DNA of 64,000 nt from Thermodesulfobacteriota bacterium. GTDB lineage: Bacteria > Desulfobacterota > Binatia > Bin18. The notes beneath the pieces are model-generated. The model was given only the letters and a program-made list of their open reading frames with translations. It made no database searches and was not told the DNA's origin. Positions within the stretch are counted from its first letter, which is position 1. The number at the start of each line of letters is the position of its first letter. Made by a program: the position numbers and the translations under genes. The stretch spans positions 4,416,001-4,480,000 of the forward strand of contig OZ219926.1 of NCBI GenBank assembly GCA_964291405.2. Reading direction: 5' to 3'. Positions 35,732 through 45,665 of the stretch are shown here, in pieces.

Positions 35732-37249
35732 TCAGCGTCCGACCGGATAGACGATCAGCCGTCGAAACGGCTCTTCCCCTTCGCTGTGGGAAATCAGGCC
35801 ATAGCTCTTCACCACTTGATGCTGCAAGCGCCGTAGCCGTGCGCGTTGTGGCGAAAGCTCACACTGCTCGTTCTGGGCAATCACCCGCTGCACGCCGGCT
35901 TCTGCTTCCGCCAGTGCAGCCCGATCTTCAGGAAATTCCTCACTGAGATGATCACGGAGGAATTTCTCCATTTGCGAGGCCGTATCGCTCCGTAAGGCGT
36001 AGAGCGGCATGCCGCGTTCGACCAGCAAACGGAGCGCTTTTGGTTGACGTTTGGCCTGGCCTCTCACTGTGAGAATAGCATCGGCGTACGTGGGCTGGTC
36101 GACAACCCGAGCCGGGACATCGAGCGCGTGGATAGCGTGTTCGAGCCGGTGTCGATTAATACCATAGGGATAAATCCGTAGGACCCGGTGTTGCGCCCCC
36201 TGGGTGGGAATGGTGGTATTGTCCTGGACTGCGGACCCGGTCTCCGTCAACTGCTCGGTTGTAATGCTGCCGTCCTCCTGGCGGGTCCGTATTTCCAGGC
36301 TGGAACTCCAGCCCCGTAACAAGCCGTCAACCGCGGCTGCCACATCGGGGTGTACGGCAAAGCGGTGCCGCGTATGGATTTCAATCAGCACGTCGAAGGT
36401 CGGGGGCGCCTTTCGTTCCTGGACGGTCTTTTGGGTCCGCCGCCGTCGGGCTTCGTCATCGCCCAGGGTCACCGACTGCACGCCGCCAATGAGGTCGGCC
36501 AGGGTTGGGTTGAGGACGAGATTCTCCAGCGTCCCGCCATGCGCCGTGGCAATAAGTCGGACGCCGCGCTCGGCAATCGTCCGTGCCGCTCCGGCCTCGG
36601 CTTCCGTTCCGATCTCATCCACCACAATGACTTCGGGCATATGATTTTCGACCGCTTCGATCATTACTTGGTGCTGACGGTCCGGTGAGGGTACCTGCAT
36701 ACGGCGAGCCCGCCCGATCGCCGTGTGGGGAATGTCTCCGTCGCCGGCAATTTCGTTTGAGGTATCCACGATAACGACCCGTTTGCCGTCCTCGTCGGCC
36801 AGCACACGAGCTGCCTCGCGCAGCAAGGTGGTTTTGCCAACGCCTGGTGGGCCTAAGAGCAGGATGCTCTTGTCCGGCTGGTGTACCAGATCCTGCACGA
36901 TATCGAGCGTTCCGAACACGGCCCGTCCGACCCGGCAGGTCAGTCCGATGATGCCGCCCGTGCGGTTGCGGAGCGCGGAGATGCGGTGCAGGGTGCGCGG
37001 AATACCGGCCCGGTTGTCGTGGCTGAACGCGCCGATGCGTTCCACCACAAAGGCGATAGTTTCGGTATCGACCGACTCGGCGGCCAGATCGGCGGTCTTG
37101 GCGACATAGCGCGCCTCGGGTGGACGGCCCAGGTCGAGGACGACTTCCAGCAACTCGTGCAGGGCGCTCTCCCGCAACACGGCCTGACACAGCGTCGGTG
37201 GAAAGACGTCCAGCAGCCGCTCGATATCATCAACGGTTTCCAGGCTCAT
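35732..37249 (-). CDS. Ycf45/SpoIIIAA-like AAA ATPase with a C-terminal R3H domain
   Basis: EVVLDLGR, GPPGVGKT, VDTSNEIAGDGD, ENHMPEVIVVDEIG, RRLQH..V...SEGEEP.RR. Confidence 0.9.
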   Translation of the reverse strand: MSLETVDDIERLLDVFPPTLCQAVLRESALHELLEVVLDLGRPPEARYVAKTADLAAESVDTETIAFVVERIGAFSHDNRAGIPRTLHRISALRNRTGGIIGLTCRVGRAVFGTLDIVQDLVHQPDKSILLLGPPGVGKTTLLREAARVLADEDGKRVVIVDTSNEIAGDGDIPHTAIGRARRMQVPSPDRQHQVMIEAVENHMPEVIVVDEIGTEAEAGAARTIAERGVRLIATAHGGTLENLVLNPTLADLIGGVQSVTLGDDEARRRRTQKTVQERKAPPTFDVLIEIHTRHRFAVHPDVAAAVDGLLRGWSSSLEIRTRQEDGSITTEQLTETGSAVQDNTTIPTQGAQHRVLRIYPYGINRHRLEHAIHALDVPARVVDQPTYADAILTVRGQAKRQPKALRLLVERGMPLYALRSDTASQMEKFLRDHLSEEFPEDRAALAEAEAGVQRVIAQNEQCELSPQRARLRRLQHQVVKSYGLISHSEGEEPFRRLIVYPVGR

Positions 37250-37264
37250 AACAGGTGCGGAACA

Positions 37265-39067
37265 TCACTGCTGGTCCGGATACAGGCCGTCAATTGCAGC
37301 CCGTCGCGTTTGCAACACTGTTCGGCGTTTGACCTTGAGGGTGGGCGTCAATTCGTTGCTGGCCTGCGAGAACGGTTCGGCCAGCAGGGTGAACTGGCGG
37401 GGCTGGGCGTGTCGCGGCAGGCTGTCGTTGACCGTCTCGAAACACTGCTGAAACAGCGCGCGGATAGTAGGATGGTCCAATAGGGCCGGCCACTCACCGC
37501 TCACCCCGTGTGTGTTGGCCATGATCTCCACAAACTCACGGTCGGGCACCAACAGCACGGTCAGATAGGGACGCTGGTCGCCAATCAGACAGGCCTCTTC
37601 GATCAGCGGCTCCTGGCGAAAGCGCCCCTCAATGGGCTGCGGCGCGATATTCTCGCCCTGTGAGGTGATGAGCAGGTCTTTCTTGCGATCAGTAATGGTC
37701 AGAAAGTCCTGGGCGTCGATTGCTCCTATGTCACCGGTGTGCAGCCAGCCCTCGGCGTCCAGGGCCGCAGCCGTGTCCTCCGGTCGGTTGTAATAGCCGG
37801 TCATGACGTTTGGCCCACGTACGCACACCTCTCCGTCGTCGGCAATACGAACCGATACCTGGGGCAGCGGCGTTCCCACGCTGCCGACTCGGTTCCGATC
37901 CGGCGTATTACAGGCCACGACCGGCCCGGCCTCGGTCAGGCCGTAGCCCTCATAGACGGGAATGCCCGCGCCATAAAAGAAGCAGGCCAGGTCCGCGTTG
38001 AGCGGGGCACCGCCCGACACCAGAAAACGAATCTGGCCGCCGAGCGCCGAGCGTAGTGCACGGAACACCAGGCGGTCGGCCAGACCGTGTTGCAGGCTGA
38101 GCGGAAAGGGCAGGGCAGCCGTGCTGGCAGCGTTGGCCGTGCGTACCCGGCCAGCCGCTCGTCCAACCTCCAGCGCCCAACTCAGAATTTTCTGTTTCAC
38201 AAAGGGCGCGTTTTCTCTTTCGCCCAGCATATGCTGATAGACCCGTTCCAGCACGCGCGGCACACAACACAGTATGGTTGGCCGGACCGCGGCCAGGTCG
38301 TCGGTCAAACTGGCGATGCCGCCACCGTAGGCTATGGTGCCGCCGGCCCGTAGACTTGTGTAGAGCCCGCCGGTGCGCTCGAACCCGTGCGACAGGGGCA
38401 GAAAGGACAGGAACAGATCTTCTTCATTCAGCGGTAGGATCGCAGCCGCATCCTCGGCGTTGGCCAGCATATTGGTATGGCTCAGCATGACGCCTTTGGG
38501 TCGGCCGGTCGTGCCCGAGGTGTAGATGATGGTTGCCAAACCGGGATCGGGTACCGGCTGGGCCGGCTCGGTGCCGTGCTCGCCACTGGCCAGCAGGTCT
38601 GTCAGACTGAGCGCGGTGAGACGGTCCGGCAAACCGATGTCCGGCGCGGAATCCGTGTCGAGATGGATGACTTGCTCAAGGCTCGGTACCTCGGACGCAA
38701 TCTGGGCGATCTTTTGCCGTTGGTCATCGCCGGCCACGGCCAGCACGCTCGCCCCGGCATCGTTGAGGACATAGGCCAGGTCGTCCGGCGGGCTGGTCAG
38801 GTAGAGCGGTACGTCTACCCCGCCCAGATACAGACAGGCCAGATCGATCAACGGCCATTCGGGGCGGTTATCGGCCAGAATGGCCAGCCGACCGCCCGGC
38901 TGAAAGCCTAAGGACGCTAACCCGCGGGCGGCACGGACAATCTGATCGCCAAACTGCTGCCAGGAGATATCTTCCCAAGAGTTGTCGCGTTTGCGCAGAA
39001 AGACGCGCCGTGAGCCGTACCGCGCAGCCCGCTCAAGAATTGTGCTGGCCAGTGATGTATCGCCCAT
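37265..39067 (-). CDS. Long-chain fatty acid-CoA ligase
   Basis: YTSGTTGRPKGV, EGYGLTE, WLHTGD, DRKKD, ELTPTLK. Confidence 0.93.
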   Translation of the reverse strand: MGDTSLASTILERAARYGSRRVFLRKRDNSWEDISWQQFGDQIVRAARGLASLGFQPGGRLAILADNRPEWPLIDLACLYLGGVDVPLYLTSPPDDLAYVLNDAGASVLAVAGDDQRQKIAQIASEVPSLEQVIHLDTDSAPDIGLPDRLTALSLTDLLASGEHGTEPAQPVPDPGLATIIYTSGTTGRPKGVMLSHTNMLANAEDAAAILPLNEEDLFLSFLPLSHGFERTGGLYTSLRAGGTIAYGGGIASLTDDLAAVRPTILCCVPRVLERVYQHMLGERENAPFVKQKILSWALEVGRAAGRVRTANAASTAALPFPLSLQHGLADRLVFRALRSALGGQIRFLVSGGAPLNADLACFFYGAGIPVYEGYGLTEAGPVVACNTPDRNRVGSVGTPLPQVSVRIADDGEVCVRGPNVMTGYYNRPEDTAAALDAEGWLHTGDIGAIDAQDFLTITDRKKDLLITSQGENIAPQPIEGRFRQEPLIEEACLIGDQRPYLTVLLVPDREFVEIMANTHGVSGEWPALLDHPTIRALFQQCFETVNDSLPRHAQPRQFTLLAEPFSQASNELTPTLKVKRRTVLQTRRAAIDGLYPDQQ

Positions 39068-39113
39068 GCTTCACCTCTCGCCACCGAAGAACCGAGCCCC
39101 GTGGAACTGCGCG

Positions 39114-39911
39114 TCAGGCCACGACCTGTTTCAGGAACTGGGCCAGGTCCGCGTTGAAATCCGCAGGTTTTTCCAATTGGTAAAAATGACCGACATCCTT
39201 GAGGATTTTGATCTGGGCATTGGGGATATTGTCGGCCAGGAATTGATTGGCTTCGACCGGTGTGGCCTGATCCTCTTCACCGGCAAAAATGATGGTCGGC
39301 TTGGTGATATTCTTGAGTTGATCCGAAATATTCCACTGAAAGACCCCATTCGGGTCGGTCGCGTTGGCAAAAAAGACCTGCTCGGTAAAATTTTCATCCA
39401 CCGCGAAACAGGACTTCATCAGATCCAGAATTTCCGGCTTGTCCTGTTTGGTCTTCGCCGCGACCGCGCCCTCAATCAGGCCACCGAACGCGCCGTTGAG
39501 GTCTTGCTGAAAGGCTTGCATGGCCTCGGGCGGCATGCCGGCCCCGAGGTTGGTGCCACTGCTGACGATGGCCGTGCCCAAGACGCGGTCGGGAAAGTCG
39601 AGGTTGAACTGCATGGCAATCATCCCGCCAATCGAATTGCCGACCAGAATCGCCTGCTCGTTGCCGGTAGCGTCAAGAATGGCGGCAACGTCAGCGGCCA
39701 TCTCGGGAATGGCATAGCCGGACTCGGGCTTATCCGAACGCCCGTGGCCGCGATGATCGACCGTAATGCACTGATAATCCCGTGCAAACGAAAAGGTCTG
39801 AAAATACCAGATATAGCCGTTGGTCGAAAACGGATGCAGAAACACAATCGGCGTCCCTGCCCCGTAGCTTTCGTAATACACATTCACGCCATCTCGATGG
39901 ACATGCGGCAT
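39114..39911 (-). CDS. Alpha/beta hydrolase
   Basis: DHRGHGRS, GNSIGG nucleophile elbow, GEED, GHF; RBS AAGGAGG before ATG 39911. Confidence 0.9.
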   Translation of the reverse strand: MPHVHRDGVNVYYESYGAGTPIVFLHPFSTNGYIWYFQTFSFARDYQCITVDHRGHGRSDKPESGYAIPEMAADVAAILDATGNEQAILVGNSIGGMIAMQFNLDFPDRVLGTAIVSSGTNLGAGMPPEAMQAFQQDLNGAFGGLIEGAVAAKTKQDKPEILDLMKSCFAVDENFTEQVFFANATDPNGVFQWNISDQLKNITKPTIIFAGEEDQATPVEANQFLADNIPNAQIKILKDVGHFYQLEKPADFNADLAQFLKQVVA

Positions 39912-40075
39912 AGCACCCTCCTTAGTGTGTAATTCTCTCGGACCCGCTGTATCACACCCCCAACGCCTTGACGAGGGTGTACGGGTATGTGAGAAAAACG
40001 GAGAAGGGCCGACCATGGCTGCCGGTGTTTGCCCGGAGTACGGTCGCGCAGCAAAGCACAAATAAGGAGGACTGG

Positions 40076-40816
40076 ATGGAGATTACGACTGAGCGCATTC
40101 ATATCAATGTGAACGCGCAGACTATGGACGGTTATATGGTCCGGCCGGCGGACTCGACGCCCCGACCGGCCGTGCTCGTCTTTATGGAAATTTTTGGCGT
40201 GAATTCCCATATTCGAGACGTGACCGAACGGGTGGCAAAAGAGGGCTATGTCGCGCTGGCGCCGGACTTCTTTCATCGAACCGGCCCTGGGGTGGAATAC
40301 GGATATGACGAAGCGGGCATGGCCGCGGGTATTGAACTCCTGGGCCAACTCAAAGCGGACGAAATGTCAGCTGATGCGTTGGCGGCCGTTTCTTTTCTTA
40401 AACGCAAGAATTTTGTGATCGGCAATAAAATTGGGGCCATGGGTTTTTGTGTTGGCGGGCATATGACTTACTTAACCGCGTGTGAAACCGACGTGGTCGC
40501 TGCGGCCAGCTTTTATGGGGGCGGGATTGCCGGAGAGCAAGGCTTTGGTGGCCAGCCGTCAACCGTAGGCCGGACCGGACAAATTGAAGGCCGTGTGTTG
40601 TGTCTGTTCGGCGGGAAAGATGCCCATATCCCTATGTCCGATGTGGATACGATTCGGGGTGCGCTTGAATCCAACAGCATTCAGCATGAAGTGGTGGTCT
40701 ATCCCGAGGCCGACCACGGGTTTTTCTGTGACCAGCGCGGGTCGTATAATGAAGCCGCTGCAACCGACGCCTGGGAGCGGGTGAAAGCCCTGTTTGCCGA
40801 AGAACTGGGTTCGTAG
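40076..40816 (+). CDS. Dienelactone hydrolase family protein
   Basis: EIFGVN, GFCVGG, FYGG, ADHGF; RBS AAGGAGG. Confidence 0.92.
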   Translation: MEITTERIHINVNAQTMDGYMVRPADSTPRPAVLVFMEIFGVNSHIRDVTERVAKEGYVALAPDFFHRTGPGVEYGYDEAGMAAGIELLGQLKADEMSADALAAVSFLKRKNFVIGNKIGAMGFCVGGHMTYLTACETDVVAAASFYGGGIAGEQGFGGQPSTVGRTGQIEGRVLCLFGGKDAHIPMSDVDTIRGALESNSIQHEVVVYPEADHGFFCDQRGSYNEAAATDAWERVKALFAEELGS

Positions 40817-40842
40817 TTTACTGCTGACCGGACTGTTTGTTG

Positions 40843-40876
40843 ACAACAAGGGCGCACGGCCGTGCGCCCTTGTTGT
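40843..40876. repeat. Perfect 34-bp palindrome (REP-like/terminator)
   Basis: acaacaagggcgcacgg ccgtgcgcccttgttgt. Confidence 0.7.
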
Positions 40877-40921
40877 TTGCAAAAGCAGGTATTTGGAAAA
40901 AAGAGAATAAGGGAGAGCGTA

Positions 40922-41734
40922 ATGGGCAGCCTTGATGGAAAAGTCGCAATTGTCACCGGGGCAGGACGCTTACGCGGGATCGGCCGGGCCGCGGCTCTGG
41001 CTCTGGCCGAACTGGGAGCTGACCTTGTTGTCACCGGAACCGGCCGCGATCCTCAGCACTACCCGGAAGATGAAAAAGCCGTGGGCTGGCGGGATATTGA
41101 GAGCACGGCCGAACAGGTGAGGGCCGCTGGCAGGCGGTGTGTACCGTTGATTGCCAACGTTACCGACAGTGCGGCTGTGCAAAACACCGTCGATGCTACG
41201 CTCAAGGAGTTCGGCCGGATTGATATCCTGATCAACAATTCTGCTTTTGCGCGCGGACCGGACCGGGTGCCGCTGACCGAACTTCCCGAAGACGTGTGGC
41301 GGAAAGTCCTCGACATCAAGCTCACCGGCAGTTTTTTGATGAGTCAGGCCGTGGTGCCGACCATGATTCAGCAGGGCCAGGGAGGCAGTATTCTGAATAT
41401 CTCGTCCATTGCCGGCAAAAAGGGCAACCCGAATATGGTTGCCTATTGTACCTCGAACTTCGGGATTCAGGGCTTTACCCAAGCCCTGGCTATGGAATTG
41501 GCCGCGCATAATATTCGGGTCAACGCAGTATGTCCGGGCATAATTGATACCTCGCGCATGGACGACCTCGGGCGGGATGACACCTGGAACAAAACGATTC
41601 AGCAGTTGATCCCCCTGAATCGGCCCGGTTCCGATACGGAGATTGGAAAGTTCCTGGCCTATCTGTGTACGCCTGACGCGTCGTATATTACCGGCCAGTC
41701 CCTCAATATTGACGGTGGTGTGGTGATGTGGTGA
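40922..41734 (+). CDS. Short-chain dehydrogenase/reductase
   Basis: TGAGRLRGIG, NNSA, YCTSN (Lys of YxxxK replaced by Asn), IRVNAVCPG. Confidence 0.88.
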   Translation: MGSLDGKVAIVTGAGRLRGIGRAAALALAELGADLVVTGTGRDPQHYPEDEKAVGWRDIESTAEQVRAAGRRCVPLIANVTDSAAVQNTVDATLKEFGRIDILINNSAFARGPDRVPLTELPEDVWRKVLDIKLTGSFLMSQAVVPTMIQQGQGGSILNISSIAGKKGNPNMVAYCTSNFGIQGFTQALAMELAAHNIRVNAVCPGIIDTSRMDDLGRDDTWNKTIQQLIPLNRPGSDTEIGKFLAYLCTPDASYITGQSLNIDGGVVMW

Positions 41735-42325
41735 TACTGACTGCCGGAGTAAATGTAATGATCCCACGCCATTGGGAGTGCCGCATTGACACTGCCTCAA
41801 CCGAGGGCCGCCGGGCTCCCCGGTATCTCCAACGCCATCCATGCGGCGAGTGAGGGCGCAGTTCAGACTCGAACGGAATGCAGGAATTTCACAAAATAAC
41901 GAGTGGCCTGCACGATATCGACAGTGCACTCGTCAAGCGTGGCACGGCAATGGGGCCATTGGTGCCACCCTTCAGAGACGCTTGTAGGGCGCGTGGTTCA
42001 TAGTGACGGAAATGAACCGTCAAATTGTGGATGGATGGCTGCCGAAAGATCTCTGGGCATACGTGAACGAGCCGGAACAGGCGTGGTCACGAAAGTTGTT
42101 CGAGCAAATTCCTCCTCCGAAAACACCACCTCCGCAAACAAAGTCGCCCGACAACCCATTTGCTATCCCCTTACAACGCTGACCTCAAAGCCGTCTGCCA
42201 TACACGCAGCGTCACACAAAGAGTTCGCGGGCCGTCATTCTCTAGGATCGCTGAAGTTCCCAAAAATTGACGCAGAAGATACGAAAGATGCCCTGGCTCG
42301 AATCTTCTTGATTTATTCGTATATT

Positions 42326-42351
42326 CTTATATAAGATAATTATTATATAAG
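42326..42351. promoter_or_regulatory. AT-rich palindrome, candidate ArsR-family operator
   Basis: CTTATATAA-gataatta-TTATATAAG about 90 bp upstream of the ArsR-rhodanese gene. Confidence 0.5.
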
Positions 42352-42442
42352 GATGTTGGTGGGGATCAAGTCTTGGAAGCGATGTCCCCCATTTTTCTCA
42401 GGCTTCCCCGAAGAAGTGTAGGGAAAAAGCAATGAGGCCATA

Positions 42443-43120
42443 ATGGAAGAAACCAATAAACAGCTCTCAGAGGCCATCTTCGAACAGATTGCACGGATCG
42501 GAAAAGCTGTCTCGAATCCTAAACGGTTGGAGATCTTGGAACTCCTCAGCCAGGCCCCACGGACGGTCGAAGCGTTGGCTCAAGCAGCACATCTGAGTCA
42601 AGCGAATACCTCACAGCATCTTCAGGTCTTGCGGAATTCGCGGCTGGTCGAAGCGAAACGCAACGGGACCTCGATCTGGTATCGCCTCACCGATGAAACA
42701 GTTGCCGATTTTTTCCGGACATTACGGGTCTTGGCCGTCACACATCTGGCTGAACTCGACCGTATCGTCAGTCAATATTTTACCGGGCAAGCGGACTTAG
42801 AGCCGGTCGATCAGAAAACCCTGCTCCAGCGTGTCCGCAAGGGAGAAGTGATCGTCATCGATGTGCGTCCCCAGGAAGAGTACCAGGCGGGCCATATTCC
42901 TGGGGCAATCTCCGTCCCTCTAGAGGAACTCGAAGACCGCCTCGCTGAGCTGCCGCAGGACCGAGAGGTCGTTGCCTACTGTCGTGGCCCGTATTGCGTC
43001 TGGTCAGGTCAGGCCGTGCAGGTCTTACAGAACCATGGGTTTCAGGCCAGACATCTGCCCGATGGCGTGTTGGATTGGCGGGCACGCGGGTTTCGTGTTT
43101 CAGCCGGAAACAAACCGTAG
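42443..43120 (+). CDS. ArsR/SmtB transcriptional regulator fused to a rhodanese domain
   Basis: NPKRLEILELL, ANTSQHLQVL; IDVRP.EEY.AGHIPGA, AYCRGPYC. Confidence 0.92.
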   Translation: MEETNKQLSEAIFEQIARIGKAVSNPKRLEILELLSQAPRTVEALAQAAHLSQANTSQHLQVLRNSRLVEAKRNGTSIWYRLTDETVADFFRTLRVLAVTHLAELDRIVSQYFTGQADLEPVDQKTLLQRVRKGEVIVIDVRPQEEYQAGHIPGAISVPLEELEDRLAELPQDREVVAYCRGPYCVWSGQAVQVLQNHGFQARHLPDGVLDWRARGFRVSAGNKP

Positions 43121-43140
43121 GCAGAAAGAGAGTAGTGCAG

Positions 43141-43779
43141 ATGAAGATGCGCAACTGTGGACGGGTCTCCTTTCTCCTCACGTTGTGCCTCATCGTCCCG
43201 CAGCAAGCAGCGGCGACCACTGCCCTCTATTCGCTGAGTTATGGGGCGCGCTCTGCAGGCACGGCCGGCGCGACCCCAGCCTCTGGCGGCGACGCGCTCA
43301 ACCAATTCCTCAATCCAGCCAATCTTTCAGTTCTCCCCAAGCGGCTTGTTGAGCTCGGCTTTTCCTGGATTGGCTGGGGCACAGAAGATCCTTTTCAGAC
43401 GTTCCAGGTCAAGTTGGATACTCCACCAGACGGCTTCCCGAGCACGTTAGCAGCTCCTATTCAGTGGGATGATCAGTATATCTACCGGATCGGTACAGAA
43501 TACGAACTCACGTCGGACCTGACGCTACGTGCTGGATATAGCTACGCCTCGAATCCGGTCAGCGCACCAGGCGCCTTTCTCACGCTCCCAGCCTATGGAT
43601 TTCAAACGCTCGCTGTGGGAATGACCTGGGAAATGACGGAAAACTGGGACATCTCGCTGGCATTCGAACGGGCCTTTCCCATCTCTGTGAAAATACGCGC
43701 CGGCACTATCGATGTTTTCCATGCCAACTCTCAAGAGGATCACAATCAGTATTCCGCTCAACTTGGTTAGTCTTTTTAG
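43141..43779 (+). pseudogene. Internally deleted OmpP1/FadL-like gene with a premature stop before the terminal Phe
   Basis: N-terminal YGARSAG..G...NPANL joins directly to C-terminal WDDQYIYRIGTEY..LRAGYSY..NPV; only ~209 aa; ends QLG-TAG-S-F-TAG. Confidence 0.72.
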
Positions 43780-43802
43780 CGCTCTGGGGAAGGAGATTTT
43801 CA

Positions 43803-45530
43803 ATGAACGCGGCAAATCATGAGCAAGAAAAAATCATTTTGGCGGCGGTGTCGGGAGTCTCTATGTTAATGGCAAGATTGATCGTATGGCTGTTGGTAAC
43901 CTTGCTCAACATCTCCAGTCACAGCGCTTGGGCACAGAGTGAGCCTGACCACCCCGCTTCCCCAGCAACTACCGCAACTCCCTCGCCCGAGCAGCTCGGG
44001 GAGGTTCACTTTCGCGTCTCGTGCAATGTTGCTGCGCAACAGGAGTTCAATCGGGCGATGGCGATGTTTCACTCCTTCTGGTTCGAACCGGCGAAGCACT
44101 CCTTCGCCAAGGTCCTGGAACACGACCCCGAGTGCGGGATGGCGTATTGGGGCATTGCCATCATGTCGATGGGCAATCCTTTCGGCTGGTCCATCAACAC
44201 GAACGCGCCGAAGGCAGGGGAAGCGGCCATGGCGGAGGCACTGCGCGTGAGCGCCAAGAGCGAGCGTGAACGCGACTATATTGCGGCGCTGGCCACGCTC
44301 TTTACAGAATGGCAGACGGTGGACTATCGGTCGCGAGTGCTGGCCTTCGAAAAGGGCATGGAGGGTGTGGCGACACGCTATCCCGAGGATGACGAGGCGC
44401 AGGTCTTGTACGCGCTCGTGCTCAACATGACCGCCGTGCCTACCGACAAAACCTTCGCTCACCAGCTTAAGGCCGCAAGCATCCTGGAGCCCTTGTTCAA
44501 GCAACACCCACACCATCCGGGTATTGCCCACTACCTGATCCACACATACGACTATGCCGGGCTGGCTGAGAAGGGGCTGCCCGCTGCCCGCGTCTACGCC
44601 ACCGTCGCGCCTTCAGTGCCGCACGCGTTGCATATGCCTTCACATATTTTCAGCCGGGTTGGTCTCTGGCCGGAAATGGTCGAGAGCAATCGTGCTTCGT
44701 ACCGTGCGGCGAAGAATCAACTCTCCGGGCAAACCCTTGGGCTCGGCTCATACGATGCGCTACATGCCATGGATTACATGGTGTTTGGCCATCTTCAGCA
44801 AGCGCAGGATAAGGCGGCGAAGCGCCTGGTGGATGAGGTTGCGGCGATACGCAAGGTCAAGGTGGAAGACTTTTCGGCCGCCTACGCCTTTGCCGCGATT
44901 CCCTCCCGCTATGCGTTAGAGCGCGGCGATTGGCAGCAGGCAGCGGCGCTCCAACTCAGCCCACGCGAGATGGCTTGGGACAAGTTCCCTCATGCGGAGG
45001 CCATTCTCGTCTTCGCTCGCGGCTTGGGTGCGGCGCGCAGTGGAGAGGTTACGGCGGCGCGCAAGGATGTGGAGCGATTGCAGGCGCTTAAGGACGTGAT
45101 GACGGCAGCCAAGATCGACTACTGGGCGAACCAGACGGACTTTCAAATCAAGACGATTCTTGCCTGGATCGCCCTGGCGGAGAAGCGTGATGCGGAAGCG
45201 ATTCAGTTAATGCGCACCGCCGCCGAAGCAGAAGAGGCCAGTGATAAAGCGCCGGTGACTCCGGGGAATGTTGTCCCTTTACGGGGACTGCTGGGCGAGA
45301 TGCTCTTAGCGCTCAACCAACCAGCGCACGCGTTCACCGAATTCGAGCGCTCCTTGCAACGTGACCCTAACCGTTTCCGAGTCGTGTACAGTGCCAGTCG
45401 CGCTGCCGAAGCAGCCGGCAACCGCCAGGCGGCCCGCGAGCATTACGCCAAGTTGCAGACGCTGGCCGCTGATCATGATACCGAACGTCCGGAACTCGCG
45501 CAGGCCACCGCATTTTTGGCAAAGCCATGA
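43803..45530 (+). CDS. Secreted TPR-like alpha-helical protein
   Basis: Signal AWA-Q; LGEVHF..SC, DPECGMAYWG, HPGIAHYLIH.YD, PHALHMPSHIF; RBS AAGGAG. Confidence 0.82.
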   Translation: MNAANHEQEKIILAAVSGVSMLMARLIVWLLVTLLNISSHSAWAQSEPDHPASPATTATPSPEQLGEVHFRVSCNVAAQQEFNRAMAMFHSFWFEPAKHSFAKVLEHDPECGMAYWGIAIMSMGNPFGWSINTNAPKAGEAAMAEALRVSAKSERERDYIAALATLFTEWQTVDYRSRVLAFEKGMEGVATRYPEDDEAQVLYALVLNMTAVPTDKTFAHQLKAASILEPLFKQHPHHPGIAHYLIHTYDYAGLAEKGLPAARVYATVAPSVPHALHMPSHIFSRVGLWPEMVESNRASYRAAKNQLSGQTLGLGSYDALHAMDYMVFGHLQQAQDKAAKRLVDEVAAIRKVKVEDFSAAYAFAAIPSRYALERGDWQQAAALQLSPREMAWDKFPHAEAILVFARGLGAARSGEVTAARKDVERLQALKDVMTAAKIDYWANQTDFQIKTILAWIALAEKRDAEAIQLMRTAAEAEEASDKAPVTPGNVVPLRGLLGEMLLALNQPAHAFTEFERSLQRDPNRFRVVYSASRAAEAAGNRQAAREHYAKLQTLAADHDTERPELAQATAFLAKP

Positions 45531-45590
45531 TTATGAGTGGCCCAGATCGTGGAGCAAGCGGGATCCGGATGGGGTGAAATCGAGGAATAG

Positions 45591-45665
45591 ACGCAGGCGC
45601 GTTTCTTCAATGTCCATCCCGCCACCGTCTCGCGTCTGATGGCGCGGGAACGAAGAAAAGCGTAA
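45591..45665 (+). pseudogene. Remnant of a resolvase-type C-terminal HTH
   Basis: Manual translation TQARFFNVHPATVSRLMARERRKA*; no catalytic domain upstream. Confidence 0.5.

Noticed and set aside
38982-41929. Long antisense ORFs 38982..39932 and 40970..41929
   Set aside because: Opposite well-supported hydrolase and SDR genes.
41740-42334. 143-aa ORF and a 55-aa ORF (MNRQIVDGWLPKDLW...) at the island's left edge
   Set aside because: No recognisable motif or RBS; may be gene debris but cannot be supported without a search.
22438-43770. Stop-codon recoding as an explanation for in-frame stops
   Set aside because: The interruptions use TAA, TGA and TAG, two of the genes also have a frameshift or deletion, and all three codons terminate normal genes here.
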